Shown piece by piece: positions 10,301 to 18,871 of a stretch of DNA of 34,695 nucleotides; position 1 is the first letter of the stretch; each line of letters opens with the position of its first letter. Location of the stretch: positions 1-34,695 of IMG/VR virus record IMGVR_UViG_3300030433_002377. One strand, 5' to 3'. The DNA is from a virus (Duplodnaviria; Caudoviricetes). The position numbers and the translations under genes are program-made. The notes under the pieces are model-generated. The model ran no database searches. It was not told the DNA's origin and saw nothing but the letters and a program-made list of their open reading frames with translations.

Positions 10301-13300
10301 AACTTTACCTCTCTATGGAATACTTCACAATCTAGTGAAGTATTCGAATTTTCAAAATCAGGTAAAGTTGGAACCTCTGGAGCATCTGCAACTTTATTGG
10401 TGAATAATGAGATTCCAGAAAACTTATACTACCGTTTAGATCCCATCTATGAAGGAAATATTCCAGCAGTAAAATCTGAAATCATCTCTGATAATGAAGT
10501 TGTTTCTGGAAGTAAACTGATAATCGGAAACAGTAAGTATGATGGAAATCATGATATATCGATTAATTCTACTAATAGTTTTACATATACTATTAGTGAT
10601 GCTCCTGAAGAAGTTTCTTATGGATCTACCGCAAATATTTCTTACATTACTGATTGTACTCATACATCAGGAGAGATTGCCGAAATTGATGTTATAAATC
10701 CAGGTAGAAATTATTACTCAACACCGGGAATTGATGGTATCAATACTTCAGATGGTGAAGGAGCAATTCTTAGAGTTAATCCTAAGAATATTGGTGGACT
10801 GAAGAAATTAAACTTTAAGGATATTGGATTTAATTATCCTTCAGACAAAACTTTGAATCCAAGGGTTTTATTACCACAAACGATTAGAATTGATTCTCTT
10901 GCTTCAATAGAATCTATTGGAATAACATCTTTTGGAAGAGGATTTAATATTCCACCAAAACTGATTGTTGTTGACGGCAAAACAAATAAAGTTGTAGAAG
11001 ATTTAGCATTCAAGGTAACTCTTGGTAATAGAGATGTCGAAATTTTACAGAATACTAATGGTATCAGCAATGTAAATCCACTGGTTATACCAACTGAAAG
11101 TGGTGCTGGCGTAGGTATTAGAACAATAACATACGATTCTTCAGGAATCGCCACAGCAACTCTTTCTGTAGGATTTAGTACCGTCAACTCATTCCCATTT
11201 GCAGTTGGTGACAAAGTTCTAATTGAAAGTACAAGTGTTGGTGTTGGATCTACTGGAAAGGGATTTAACTCTGCAAATTATGAGTATAACTTGTTTACTT
11301 TAACTGGGGTTACTGAGAATCTTGGTGGAATTGGTGATGTTACTTTTGATATGTCAGATTTTCTGACAGGATCAGAAATTCCTGGAAAATATGATACTAT
11401 TAACTCCACAGGAAAAATACTTGCACAAAAACACTTCCCAATTTTTGAGACAAATCTTGTTACTAGAGATTATTCTATCGGTGAAATTGTAAAATCAGAA
11501 AATGCAACTGGTATTGTAGAAGGGTGGGATCCAAAGACATTATCACTTAGAGTTTCTTCAGATGATAACTTTACTGTTGGAAGTATAATTGAAGGAACTT
11601 CCTCAAAAGTTCTTGGTGTGGCAAACTCGATTAAAGCATATGAGACATATGCTAATTTTGGGGCAATGTCTAAAACCACTCTTGGGTGGTTGGATGATAA
11701 GGGATCTTTGAACTCAGATCTTCAGAGAATTCAAGATAGTTATTACTATCAGAATTTTGCTTACTCGATTAAGTCAAAAGTTCCATATGATACTTGGAAT
11801 GAAACCGTATCTACATTAAATCATACTTTAGGATTTAAAAAGTTTGCAGATCTCCAAATGGAGTCTTCTAATGATAACAACGGTTCTGTTAAGCCAAATA
11901 CGTCTTCATTTGATCAAGTAACAAATCTTGATGGATTTGCAAGTCTGCATTGCGTTCATGACTTTGATTTGGTTACAGAAACTAATAGAACTCAAACTTC
12001 TGGACTTATTTCAAATGAGATCGTCTTTTCTAACAGAATTCTTATAGATTTCCTTGAATCTATTGGAAATAGAGTTCTCTCTATCGATAATTTCCAATCT
12101 CAATTTAATAGTAATCCTAGACCAACTGAGTTTTCAATTATTGATACATTTGAGTCATCTGCAATTAGAACGAGAAAGTTTGTAACCTATGTAAGAGATA
12201 AAAGATTTACTGCACAAAGACAATTGATGTTGGTAAATGTCATGCATGATGGCGTTTTTGGATATATCAACCAATATGCTAGAGTTGAAACTGCATATGA
12301 TCAAGGATCTTTTGATCTTTCATTCTCATCAGGAACGGAGGATGCAAATCTTCAATTCTATCCAACTAAGTTTGCAGTAAATGATTACAATGTTAGTATT
12401 CTTTCTTATGACTTTAAGGATGCACTTCTTGGAACAGGAACAACAAGTTTGGGTGGAGTAGCAATCATTGACACCACTAGTGTTAATGTAAACGCTGGTA
12501 CAAATGCTACCATAGTATCAATTGCAAATACATATACTTCGGTAAAAGTTTTAGTAAGTATTACTGCGGACACTTCTATTACTTCTGGATTAGATAATAA
12601 TTTTGAATATCAGGAACTTAATATTCTGCATAATGGTTCTGACATCAATATGCTAGAAATTGCTAGAATGTCAACTGAGATAAAAAATTCTAGTCCTGGT
12701 TTTGGAACTTATCATCCTTATTTTGTAGGAGATAATTTAAATATTGATTTCTATCCAGCAACTGGAATAGGAACTACTGGAGTTATTAATACCGTTTTTG
12801 TTGGACTTGCCACGGAGACTTCTAGTGGAATTGGAACTATTGAATTGACTAGAGCAAAAATTGAGGCAAAAACTACTAATATCTTCGCATCCTCCTCTCC
12901 TGGAATTACTACTGTTGCTCAATATTCTAAGAATTATGATGGTGCATACTTTATTGCTCAGGTTGCTGATACAACAAATAATGAATATCAATTGTCTGAA
13001 CTTGTTGTTGTTGATGATTATGTAGACTCCACAACAACTGCAGACACCTGTTATGTTGAATATGGTAACATTGAAACTTCTAGTGGGTTGGGAACTTTTG
13101 GAACAATAGTTTCTGATGAAGGAATCGTTTCTCTTGTATTTACTCCAAATGCAAATATTGATGCCAAGATTAATGTTTATACAAATGCATTAGGTCTGAT
13201 TGAAGATGATACTGTTCCTTCTGGTATTGATTTTACTAATACATCAATTAATTGTATGGTTGGTGATTATGAGGGAACTGAACGTGATATTAAGAGAAAA

Positions 13301-16300
13301 TTCTATCTTGAACATGAAAATCTTGGAATCTTTGAAAGATATTTTGAAGGAAATAATCCAAATGTAGTTAACACTCTCCAAAATTTAATTTCTATTCCAA
13401 ATCATTATTTTGTTACTGGTGAAAAAATTAGATATTCAAATGTTGGAATTGCAAATTCTTCAATCGTCATTGCACCTACAAGTTTTGTCGGAGCATCTAA
13501 TACAACATATCTACCTGAAGAAAATCTTTATGTTGTCAAGTATGATAATAACAATATTCAAATTGCAACCAGTGCAGAAAATGCACTTAAGGCAATACCT
13601 GAAGTTGTAGATATTACTTCGGTTGGAATTGGAACTTCTCATAGATTTGTATCAACTAATCAAAATGCAAAACTTCTTGTTTCTATTGACAATATTATTC
13701 AGTCTCCAATAGTATCAACAGCATTAACAACCACACTTTCAAAACAACTCACTATTCTGGATGATGTAATCTTCTTTAGTGGTATTACTTCTTTCTTTGG
13801 ATCAGATTTGATTAAGATCAATGACGAGATAATGAAGATTGAAGGTGTTGGTATTGGTAGCACTAATGCAATCAGGGTACGTAGAGGATGGTTAGGAACA
13901 AATCTTGGAGTGGGCGTTACTGGTGATCTGATCACTAAGATTGTTGGAAACTATAATATTGTTGATAATGATATTATTTTCTCAGAAGCTCCTTTTGGAA
14001 ATGTTCCATTAGGTTTAGAAACAAATGAACCAGATGAAAGAGATTGGATTGGTGTATCAACTTCTTCAAGTTTCCATGGAAGAAGTTTCATGAGATCTGG
14101 TATTCTTCAAGGGACTAATGAGTCTTATTATAAGAATTATGTTTTTGATGATATTTCTCAAGAATTTAATGCATTAAATGATGAGTTTACACTCAAATCA
14201 GATGGATCAAATATTTCTGGAATAGAAAATGAGAATGCAATCATTCTTGTAAATGATGTCTTCCAAGCACCAGGAATTTCTGATCAATATGTACTTGAAG
14301 AATCTGCTGGAATTACTTCAGTAAGATTCCAAGGAACCGAAACAACACCATTGGGTCCTGATGTTGGAGTTTCTGATTTCCCTCGGGGTGGAGTTATTGT
14401 TTCTGTTGGATCTACTGAAGGATTTGGATACCAACCATTAGTTGCTGCTGGAGGAACGGCAACTGTATCTTCCGCAGGAACCATTACTGCAGTATCAATT
14501 GGTAATAGTGGTTCTGGATACAGATCTGGTATTCAAACAAACCTTTCTGTAGGAGTACAACTTCCAGATACTACGGGTACAACCATAATACCAATTGGAA
14601 TTGCTTCTATTTCTGAAGGTCATGTAACTTCGGTTGCTATCACAACAGATAGAGTTTTCTATGCTCCACGCGATATTTCAAATGTCCTTTATGATAACAC
14701 AACTGGCATCACTACAGTTACAACTTCTACATCGCATGGTTTATCTGGTAATGATGAAGTTATTGTTTCTGGAATCGCATTCACATGTGATTACACTGGA
14801 TCTGGACCAGTTAATATCTCTAACGTTGAGTATAATAATGTAACTGGAATTATGGTAGTTACAACTTCTGATCCACATAATCTTTCGACAAGTGGTCAGA
14901 AGAGTGATGTTCTGTTAACTGGTATTGGAATGACTTGTGATTTAGATAATGGTGGTTCTACACATGTATATCCAAGAACAACTGATCCTGCATATTGCGG
15001 TACTCCAGTTCTTGCAGTTAATAGTGCTACAGAATTTGAAGTCAATGTTGGAACTTCTACAGTTGCTACTTACTATCAAAGTGGTGGAGTCGCACAACCC
15101 GTTCTCATTGCACCAAGAATAAGTAACAATTCTGCTAGTGGATTTGATCCTGCATCTCAGGGGTCAACTGTTCTTAAAGTTATTGATAGCACTAATTTTG
15201 AAATAAACACTGGCATTTCCACTAGGGCACACTTCTATGCAAGATGTGGAACTGTTAATAAACCAATTGATATTGTATTTGAAGAACCAACATCTTATTC
15301 TAATATGAGATTGTCATACAGTTCCTCCTCTGTTGCTGGACTTGGAACTGAGGCAACTATTGATGTAGTTGTTGGTCAAGGATCTAGTGTTATTGACTTT
15401 GAAATTAAAAATACTGGATATGCATATGGTAATGGCGAAATTCTGACAGTTGAAGTTGGTGGAACTACTGGAATTCCAACTACATCATCTTATAAAGAAT
15501 TCCAAGTAACTATTGATGAAGTTGCTACTGACAAATTTAGTGGTTGGTCTTTAGGAGATCTGGAAGTTCTTGATAATATTGATGAATATATTGATGGGAA
15601 ACGCAAGGATTTCCCATTATTCCTCAATACTGAAAGAATATCTATTGTTGCTGCTAAAGGATCAAGAATTAATGTTCAAGATGTTCTTTTAGTATTTGTT
15701 AATGATATTCTTCAAGTCCCTGGAGAATCTTACACATTTAAGGGTGGAAGTGTAATTACATTTGCCGAACCAATTGCTGTTGGAAACAATATTAACATCT
15801 TGTTCTACAAAGGAACTGGTGATAGTGATGTTGTTCTTAAAAATGTAGTTGAAACCGTTAAGAAGGGTGATACTCTGCAAATAGTCCATGATAAATCAAT
15901 AGATCAACAAAAGTATTTGACTGAGGAAACAAGAGATGTTCAAGATATTCTTTCTACTGATCTTGTTGAGACAAATGCTTATGATGGTCCAGGAGTTACA
16001 AATGATGTAACTTTAGAAAGACCAGTTGTATGGTGCAGACAAACTGAAGACAAATTTATTAATCAAATTGCAGTTGGTAAAGATAGAGAACTTTATGAAC
16101 CAACTATTAATCCAATTTCTTATATCATCAAACCTGTTGGAATTGGATCAACAACAATCTATGTTGATAGTTTAAGACCTCTATTTGATGGTAGAAATGA
16201 AAGTGATACTGATCTGTCTTTCCAAAATAAAGTTAAGTTTATATCACAAAAAACTAGAACTGGGGCAGCTGCAACTGCAATTGTTTCTGGTATTGGCACT

Positions 16301-17161
16301 ATTTCATCAATTCCAATCTCAGATGGTGGATCTGGATATTCTTCAGCACCAGAAGTGACAATTGGAAATATAGTTGGAACGGGTGCAGTAGCCACGGCAG
16401 TTCTCACTGATGGTTCCGTAACTTCCATATCACTGACTAATGCTGGAACTGGATATACAAATACAAATCCACCACAAGTTCTTATTGCACCTCCTCCACA
16501 TTCTGAAGAAGAAGTTACTGTTGATTCTTATTCAGGTGATAATGGAATTGTTGTTGGAGTTGGAACCACAACTATAGATAATACTAATGAAATCATTGTT
16601 GATCTTCATATTCCTTATGACTCATTCCTTAGAGATACCTCTTTAGTTGGAACTGCAGTTACTTTGAGTTCTATATCTGTCAATGATTACTTTACAATTT
16701 TCAATTCGAATGTGGGTATGGGAAGCACTGCTCCTCCATTCTATACATATACAACTGATGGATCTGCGACACAAGTTGGATTTGCTACTCAGTTTATTGA
16801 TACAATATATCAAGCAAAACGAGTTGAAGTTGTTTCTAGAGATGTTGCTGGTGTTTCTACAAACGTATTGAGAGTCAATTCGGTTCTTACTGGTATTGGA
16901 ACAATCAACTTCGGTGTTGATGGCATTTTCATGGATAACACAATAGTTACTATGGATTTAACTGCATCTGGTTCCGATTTTACTGGTGAAATGATGACTT
17001 CAAATTATTTTGGAGAATTCTCTTGGGGTAGAATTGATCTTGTAGGAAGATCTAAGCAAGTATCATACAATACAGAAATTCTTAATGGATTCTCTGGTAT
17101 TTCTACATCAGATATCTTGACAAGAAAAGATTCACTTAGATCCAAGAGATACCTAGTATAA
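4400..17161 (+). CDS. gp7: Giant baseplate wedge initiator, gp7-like (4253 aa), with many inserted beta-rich modules
   Basis: Position between gp6 and gp8; KDFYLSKGTDRSFEILFKSLY N-terminal motif and IQDSYYYQNFAYSIKS...LNHTLGFKKF motif seen in cyanophage gp7-like proteins; uninterrupted 12.8-kb ORF. Confidence 0.8.
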   Translation: MSETRVQFNTIVSNQLPLYVREDFPLISDFLKQYYLGQEYQGGPVDLIQNIDRYIKIDNTTGLSESVVLSGNLDFDSAVINIDPDKSPTGTLGFPDSYGLLQIGDEIITYTGKTQFSFTGCVRGFVGITSYRSDTNKEEVVFKETLAEDHLSGSDIKNLSCLFLKEFLLKTKHQILPGFEDRELSSNLDQNLFLKQSKDFYLSKGTDRSFEILFKSLYNENVQIIRPAESLVTPSDAQYRVTNDLVVEPISGDPSDLDHSTLYQDAYKFDSNIQKSYAPITRVEKINAGYGVTFYRLKYDGGYDRDIEEDGSIYGTFKVHPSTKIIGNVSAGSTIVDVESTVGFAHSGELFVNYFDRTTGIVSYTSKSPTQFFGISDLDNDILDTAVVGINTFAYGYSAVDGSLIQVRINSVLNSIEIPEVSDELEKGTTANITNYGFTEVSPKTRNWFYNVSPVYKVSSIELIDASDNTYKITLNVPNQFRSGDKCAIIGSDSSRKDSTIATIIGEKSFTVRGQGVLDTGLTYKLQRTILKGLSSVFPSVESFSTDVDRVYKNTANNYLVSSPSIPNYGSQSLDSTFRDKTFSGTFLGDEFEIANHGFYTGESIYYKANSVSQSATDAAGNIITEIVRGQGLFSDGLYFIKRISESKLKFAKSREDIYKSKFISLDTEVTVTDSSLRPFSFNDKTVKPQNILREISTPISDGSRSETKPGATGIFVNGVELLNYKSSDSIKYGKIESIDVLSKGSNVDVVNPPDFLIKDAVGYGASAHLAVSGRFIDIKIVNPGFDYVETPTLKIEGGNGQGAIGSVNMKSIDHAVEFYADELSNQVDILQSTIGFSTYHKFRNAEKVIYRTKSQDAVSGIVTDSSYFVNVVDEFTVKLHETESQALTGINTVPLTSYGAGKHSLQSFSKKLVVQSVNVTDSGSGYENKKRTAQAATGVSTASNSFSILNHDYSSGERIKYTCTNTPASGISVGSEYILTKIDNNSFKLSEVGPSEDINFFYRNKQYVDITTVGVGTHIFNYPDITATLIGKVGISSIGTETFKASLLPIVRGTVQSVHVENSGFNYGSEEILNFDRQPQILLDSGSNAQLKAIVSAGSIQEVIVLNSGSGYYSTPDLIINGEGSGAVLTPIIENGSLVSVTVIEKGIGFDEDSTTIDIIPSGSTTNTPKFKCNIQNWTVNLFGKYENIFTDDDGFLTEGLHKNEIQYTHIYAPRKLREKVYSLNQVGEILYGKQDLIKVNGIESDSNYHSPILGFAYDGNPIYGPYAYSTKTGGFITQMLSGYSLNIQNSRPSTSIYPEGFFVEDYVYKNSSSDSVLDENNGRFCITPDYPNGTYAYFTTIDERFPETFGVFKNYKKPSFPYVIGHSYHSIPNNFNFVNSSNSNDYDLEANGWRRNTSPINLIEDESQYPYLNVPNKLNQTAEIVGTNPGVAGGVGIITGGTGYKVGESIAFDNTNTGGTGAHAKISRVKGKTVSSISVDSIILENVEFYPGQKDGEYFAFASDPHGIENLDVVSISGLSTTSSYLEGSYTAGISTNRLTLAGIGSIAVAIGTDGSTGLTTYFSVTGNLGYPHIRENDILQSGTEKFKVLNIDPESSRIRVLRKVSGSIGTTLSVGDHFYEIPRKLKISSGFKTDSNLKFNKKIYFNPADSIGIGTISGIGVGVTLTLSNPGFGATQLFVPTKSIFIKNHNLETGDQLTYSAGDGGSGIVVQDETNVGVGSTLADGQKLFVAKIDNNLIGLSTVRVGLGTTGTFVGVAETHRNSTTLFFTNIGDGDTHSFVTNYSAITGEIQRNLVTVSTAQTHGLSPDHNVIVSVSPENTKNITLTYNDTNRRIIVNPVGFVTAGVSTSTNSITISSHGFETGDKIIHTSDYPSEGLKSGKVYYVVKVDRNTIKLSNTLTDSKKIDPVIIGISSASYGTINPINPKINLYKNSTVVFDLSDDSLAYVRQGSVYSAFEFNLYEDANFTSLWNTSQSSEVFEFSKSGKVGTSGASATLLVNNEIPENLYYRLDPIYEGNIPAVKSEIISDNEVVSGSKLIIGNSKYDGNHDISINSTNSFTYTISDAPEEVSYGSTANISYITDCTHTSGEIAEIDVINPGRNYYSTPGIDGINTSDGEGAILRVNPKNIGGLKKLNFKDIGFNYPSDKTLNPRVLLPQTIRIDSLASIESIGITSFGRGFNIPPKLIVVDGKTNKVVEDLAFKVTLGNRDVEILQNTNGISNVNPLVIPTESGAGVGIRTITYDSSGIATATLSVGFSTVNSFPFAVGDKVLIESTSVGVGSTGKGFNSANYEYNLFTLTGVTENLGGIGDVTFDMSDFLTGSEIPGKYDTINSTGKILAQKHFPIFETNLVTRDYSIGEIVKSENATGIVEGWDPKTLSLRVSSDDNFTVGSIIEGTSSKVLGVANSIKAYETYANFGAMSKTTLGWLDDKGSLNSDLQRIQDSYYYQNFAYSIKSKVPYDTWNETVSTLNHTLGFKKFADLQMESSNDNNGSVKPNTSSFDQVTNLDGFASLHCVHDFDLVTETNRTQTSGLISNEIVFSNRILIDFLESIGNRVLSIDNFQSQFNSNPRPTEFSIIDTFESSAIRTRKFVTYVRDKRFTAQRQLMLVNVMHDGVFGYINQYARVETAYDQGSFDLSFSSGTEDANLQFYPTKFAVNDYNVSILSYDFKDALLGTGTTSLGGVAIIDTTSVNVNAGTNATIVSIANTYTSVKVLVSITADTSITSGLDNNFEYQELNILHNGSDINMLEIARMSTEIKNSSPGFGTYHPYFVGDNLNIDFYPATGIGTTGVINTVFVGLATETSSGIGTIELTRAKIEAKTTNIFASSSPGITTVAQYSKNYDGAYFIAQVADTTNNEYQLSELVVVDDYVDSTTTADTCYVEYGNIETSSGLGTFGTIVSDEGIVSLVFTPNANIDAKINVYTNALGLIEDDTVPSGIDFTNTSINCMVGDYEGTERDIKRKFYLEHENLGIFERYFEGNNPNVVNTLQNLISIPNHYFVTGEKIRYSNVGIANSSIVIAPTSFVGASNTTYLPEENLYVVKYDNNNIQIATSAENALKAIPEVVDITSVGIGTSHRFVSTNQNAKLLVSIDNIIQSPIVSTALTTTLSKQLTILDDVIFFSGITSFFGSDLIKINDEIMKIEGVGIGSTNAIRVRRGWLGTNLGVGVTGDLITKIVGNYNIVDNDIIFSEAPFGNVPLGLETNEPDERDWIGVSTSSSFHGRSFMRSGILQGTNESYYKNYVFDDISQEFNALNDEFTLKSDGSNISGIENENAIILVNDVFQAPGISDQYVLEESAGITSVRFQGTETTPLGPDVGVSDFPRGGVIVSVGSTEGFGYQPLVAAGGTATVSSAGTITAVSIGNSGSGYRSGIQTNLSVGVQLPDTTGTTIIPIGIASISEGHVTSVAITTDRVFYAPRDISNVLYDNTTGITTVTTSTSHGLSGNDEVIVSGIAFTCDYTGSGPVNISNVEYNNVTGIMVVTTSDPHNLSTSGQKSDVLLTGIGMTCDLDNGGSTHVYPRTTDPAYCGTPVLAVNSATEFEVNVGTSTVATYYQSGGVAQPVLIAPRISNNSASGFDPASQGSTVLKVIDSTNFEINTGISTRAHFYARCGTVNKPIDIVFEEPTSYSNMRLSYSSSSVAGLGTEATIDVVVGQGSSVIDFEIKNTGYAYGNGEILTVEVGGTTGIPTTSSYKEFQVTIDEVATDKFSGWSLGDLEVLDNIDEYIDGKRKDFPLFLNTERISIVAAKGSRINVQDVLLVFVNDILQVPGESYTFKGGSVITFAEPIAVGNNINILFYKGTGDSDVVLKNVVETVKKGDTLQIVHDKSIDQQKYLTEETRDVQDILSTDLVETNAYDGPGVTNDVTLERPVVWCRQTEDKFINQIAVGKDRELYEPTINPISYIIKPVGIGSTTIYVDSLRPLFDGRNESDTDLSFQNKVKFISQKTRTGAAATAIVSGIGTISSIPISDGGSGYSSAPEVTIGNIVGTGAVATAVLTDGSVTSISLTNAGTGYTNTNPPQVLIAPPPHSEEEVTVDSYSGDNGIVVGVGTTTIDNTNEIIVDLHIPYDSFLRDTSLVGTAVTLSSISVNDYFTIFNSNVGMGSTAPPFYTYTTDGSATQVGFATQFIDTIYQAKRVEVVSRDVAGVSTNVLRVNSVLTGIGTINFGVDGIFMDNTIVTMDLTASGSDFTGEMMTSNYFGEFSWGRIDLVGRSKQVSYNTEILNGFSGISTSDILTRKDSLRSKRYLV

Positions 17162-17164
17162 ATA
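17157..17164 (+). promoter_or_regulatory. T4 late promoter, perfect TATAAATA
   Basis: Exact consensus; contains gp7 stop TAA (17159-17161); 20 nt upstream of ATG 17184. Confidence 0.8.
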
Positions 17165-17183
17165 TTTTTAAATCCAAAAAATA

Positions 17184-18845
17184 ATGGCAAGACAGGGAAT
17201 AAGCACCGGTTTATCCGCAAATGACGGATTAGGTGATAATCTAAGAGCTGCTGGCGGAAAAATTAATGATAATTTTTCCGAAATATACTCCTATTTTGGA
17301 GATGGGGATGATCTGACAGTAACTATCGGAACTGGTATAGCAACTGCAGGTGGATCTGTAGGATCTGGTGTTACCATTCTTGATTTTAGAGGATCTGCTC
17401 TTGGTGAAGTTATAGTTGGATCTGGAATTGCTACTATTACGGTTAGTGATTTTCAACAAACATATACAGATGCTGATGTTAATACTCATTTAAATATTTC
17501 ATCTGCTGGAACTAATGAAGTACTTGGATGGAATGGAACGGATTATACTTGGGTTGCGCAGACTTCTGGATATGGTGATTCTAACGTTGATACTCACTTA
17601 AATCAATCTAATCCAACATCAGGATATGTCTTGAGTTGGAATGGTAGTGATTATGCATGGGTTAGTAATGCTGGATATACAGATTCTGATGTTGATACTC
17701 ACTTAAATCAATCTAATCCAACATCAGGATATGTCTTGAGTTGGAATGGTAGCGATTATGCATGGGTAGAACAATCTGTTGGTGTTACAACTGAAAATGT
17801 AGTAGCAGATTCACTGGTTGTTTCTGGTATTAGTACTTTTGCTATTGGTGGTGGATCCACAGTTTTCTTTGGTGGGGAGTCTGGTGAAGCTAGTCTGGCA
17901 ATCTCTCATGCCGCAGGATCTAATCATAGCATGTATATGCAATTCACCAGTCATGATGGTGATGTAGCTAGCATTGAGACAGACTCCAATTCGAATATGA
18001 CCATAACTGGTGGTGCTAATATAAATTTAAAATCAGATTCATCACACACTGTTCTTTCTTCTGGAGGAAATGCTCTAAACCTTTATTATGATAATGATCC
18101 GAAATTTGCAACTTCTAATGAAGGAGTAAGTGTTATTGGAGATGCTCAGATATCTGGTAGTGTACTATCTTCTTATACAGGTAGTACAGAAACATTTTCA
18201 GTAACTGTTGGTACTAGAACTACAAATCATCGTTATGGAACGGGTGGAAATGGATATTTTATTGATGGAGTTGAGGCACCATTCTTAACACTTACACCTG
18301 GTAAAACTTATAGATTTAATTTAAGTACCAGTGATCAATCAAATCATCCATTTAGATTTTATCTCGAAGCAGATAAGACTACACAATATACTACAAATGT
18401 TACTACTGCTGCAACTTATACTGAAATAGTAGTAACTGATGAAACTCCAACAGTTCTTCATTATCAATGTAGTGCTCATGGATACATGGGTAATGCTGTT
18501 CAGGTAAATTCTAATAAAGTAGATACTCCTTATCAGATTGATGGTCTTAGTGGTGCCAATATTACTGGTGTTGTTACTGCAACATCTTTTAGTGGCACCA
18601 GTGCATCCTTTAGTGGTAATGTTTCTATTGGTGGAACTCTTACGTATGAAGATGTAACCAATATTGATTCTGTTGGTCTGATAACAGCAAGAAGTGGTAT
18701 TATCGTCACTGGTGTTACTACTGCAACATCTTTTGTCAAATCTGGAGGAACATCAGCACAGTATTTGATGGCAGATGGATCAACAACTGAAGGCGATTCA
18801 TTAACTAAAGGGTATATTGCTGGTCTAACTGCCTTCCTCAATTAA
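17184..18845 (+). CDS. Tail fibre-like structural protein with gp9/gp10-type N-terminus, internal repeats and cupredoxin-like domain
   Basis: N-terminus ISTGLSANDGLGDNLRAAGGKINDNFSEIY resembles T4 gp9/gp10 N-terminal motif (GDxLRxGGxKINxNFxELY); VLSWNGSDYAW repeats; GVVTATSF fibre repeats; NHPF...CSAHGYMG. Confidence 0.75.
   Translation: MARQGISTGLSANDGLGDNLRAAGGKINDNFSEIYSYFGDGDDLTVTIGTGIATAGGSVGSGVTILDFRGSALGEVIVGSGIATITVSDFQQTYTDADVNTHLNISSAGTNEVLGWNGTDYTWVAQTSGYGDSNVDTHLNQSNPTSGYVLSWNGSDYAWVSNAGYTDSDVDTHLNQSNPTSGYVLSWNGSDYAWVEQSVGVTTENVVADSLVVSGISTFAIGGGSTVFFGGESGEASLAISHAAGSNHSMYMQFTSHDGDVASIETDSNSNMTITGGANINLKSDSSHTVLSSGGNALNLYYDNDPKFATSNEGVSVIGDAQISGSVLSSYTGSTETFSVTVGTRTTNHRYGTGGNGYFIDGVEAPFLTLTPGKTYRFNLSTSDQSNHPFRFYLEADKTTQYTTNVTTAATYTEIVVTDETPTVLHYQCSAHGYMGNAVQVNSNKVDTPYQIDGLSGANITGVVTATSFSGTSASFSGNVSIGGTLTYEDVTNIDSVGLITARSGIIVTGVTTATSFVKSGGTSAQYLMADGSTTEGDSLTKGYIAGLTAFLN
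17478..17767 (+). repeat. Three tandem in-frame repeats (35-36 aa) in the fibre gene
   Basis: 17586-17662 and 17691-17767 are 76/77 nt identical (period 105 nt); a diverged copy starts at 17478 (108 nt earlier). Confidence 0.9.
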
Positions 18846-18851
18846 TAAATA
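18844..18851 (+). promoter_or_regulatory. T4-type late promoter (AATAAATA)
   Basis: 7/8 match overlapping the fibre stop codon; upstream of ATG 18872. Confidence 0.6.
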
Positions 18852-18871
18852 AATCACAAAGGGTTTAAGAA

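Noticed and set aside
4400-17161. Intein, intron or homing endonuclease explaining giant ORF size
   Set aside because: No intein splice motifs, LAGLIDADG/HNH/GIY-YIG signature or frame break recognised; size is explained by repeated structural modules
17586-17767. Direct repeats as CRISPR array or DGR template/variable repeat
   Set aside because: In-frame coding repeats, only 2-3 units, single T/C difference rather than adenine-specific changes, no reverse transcriptase or cas gene in window
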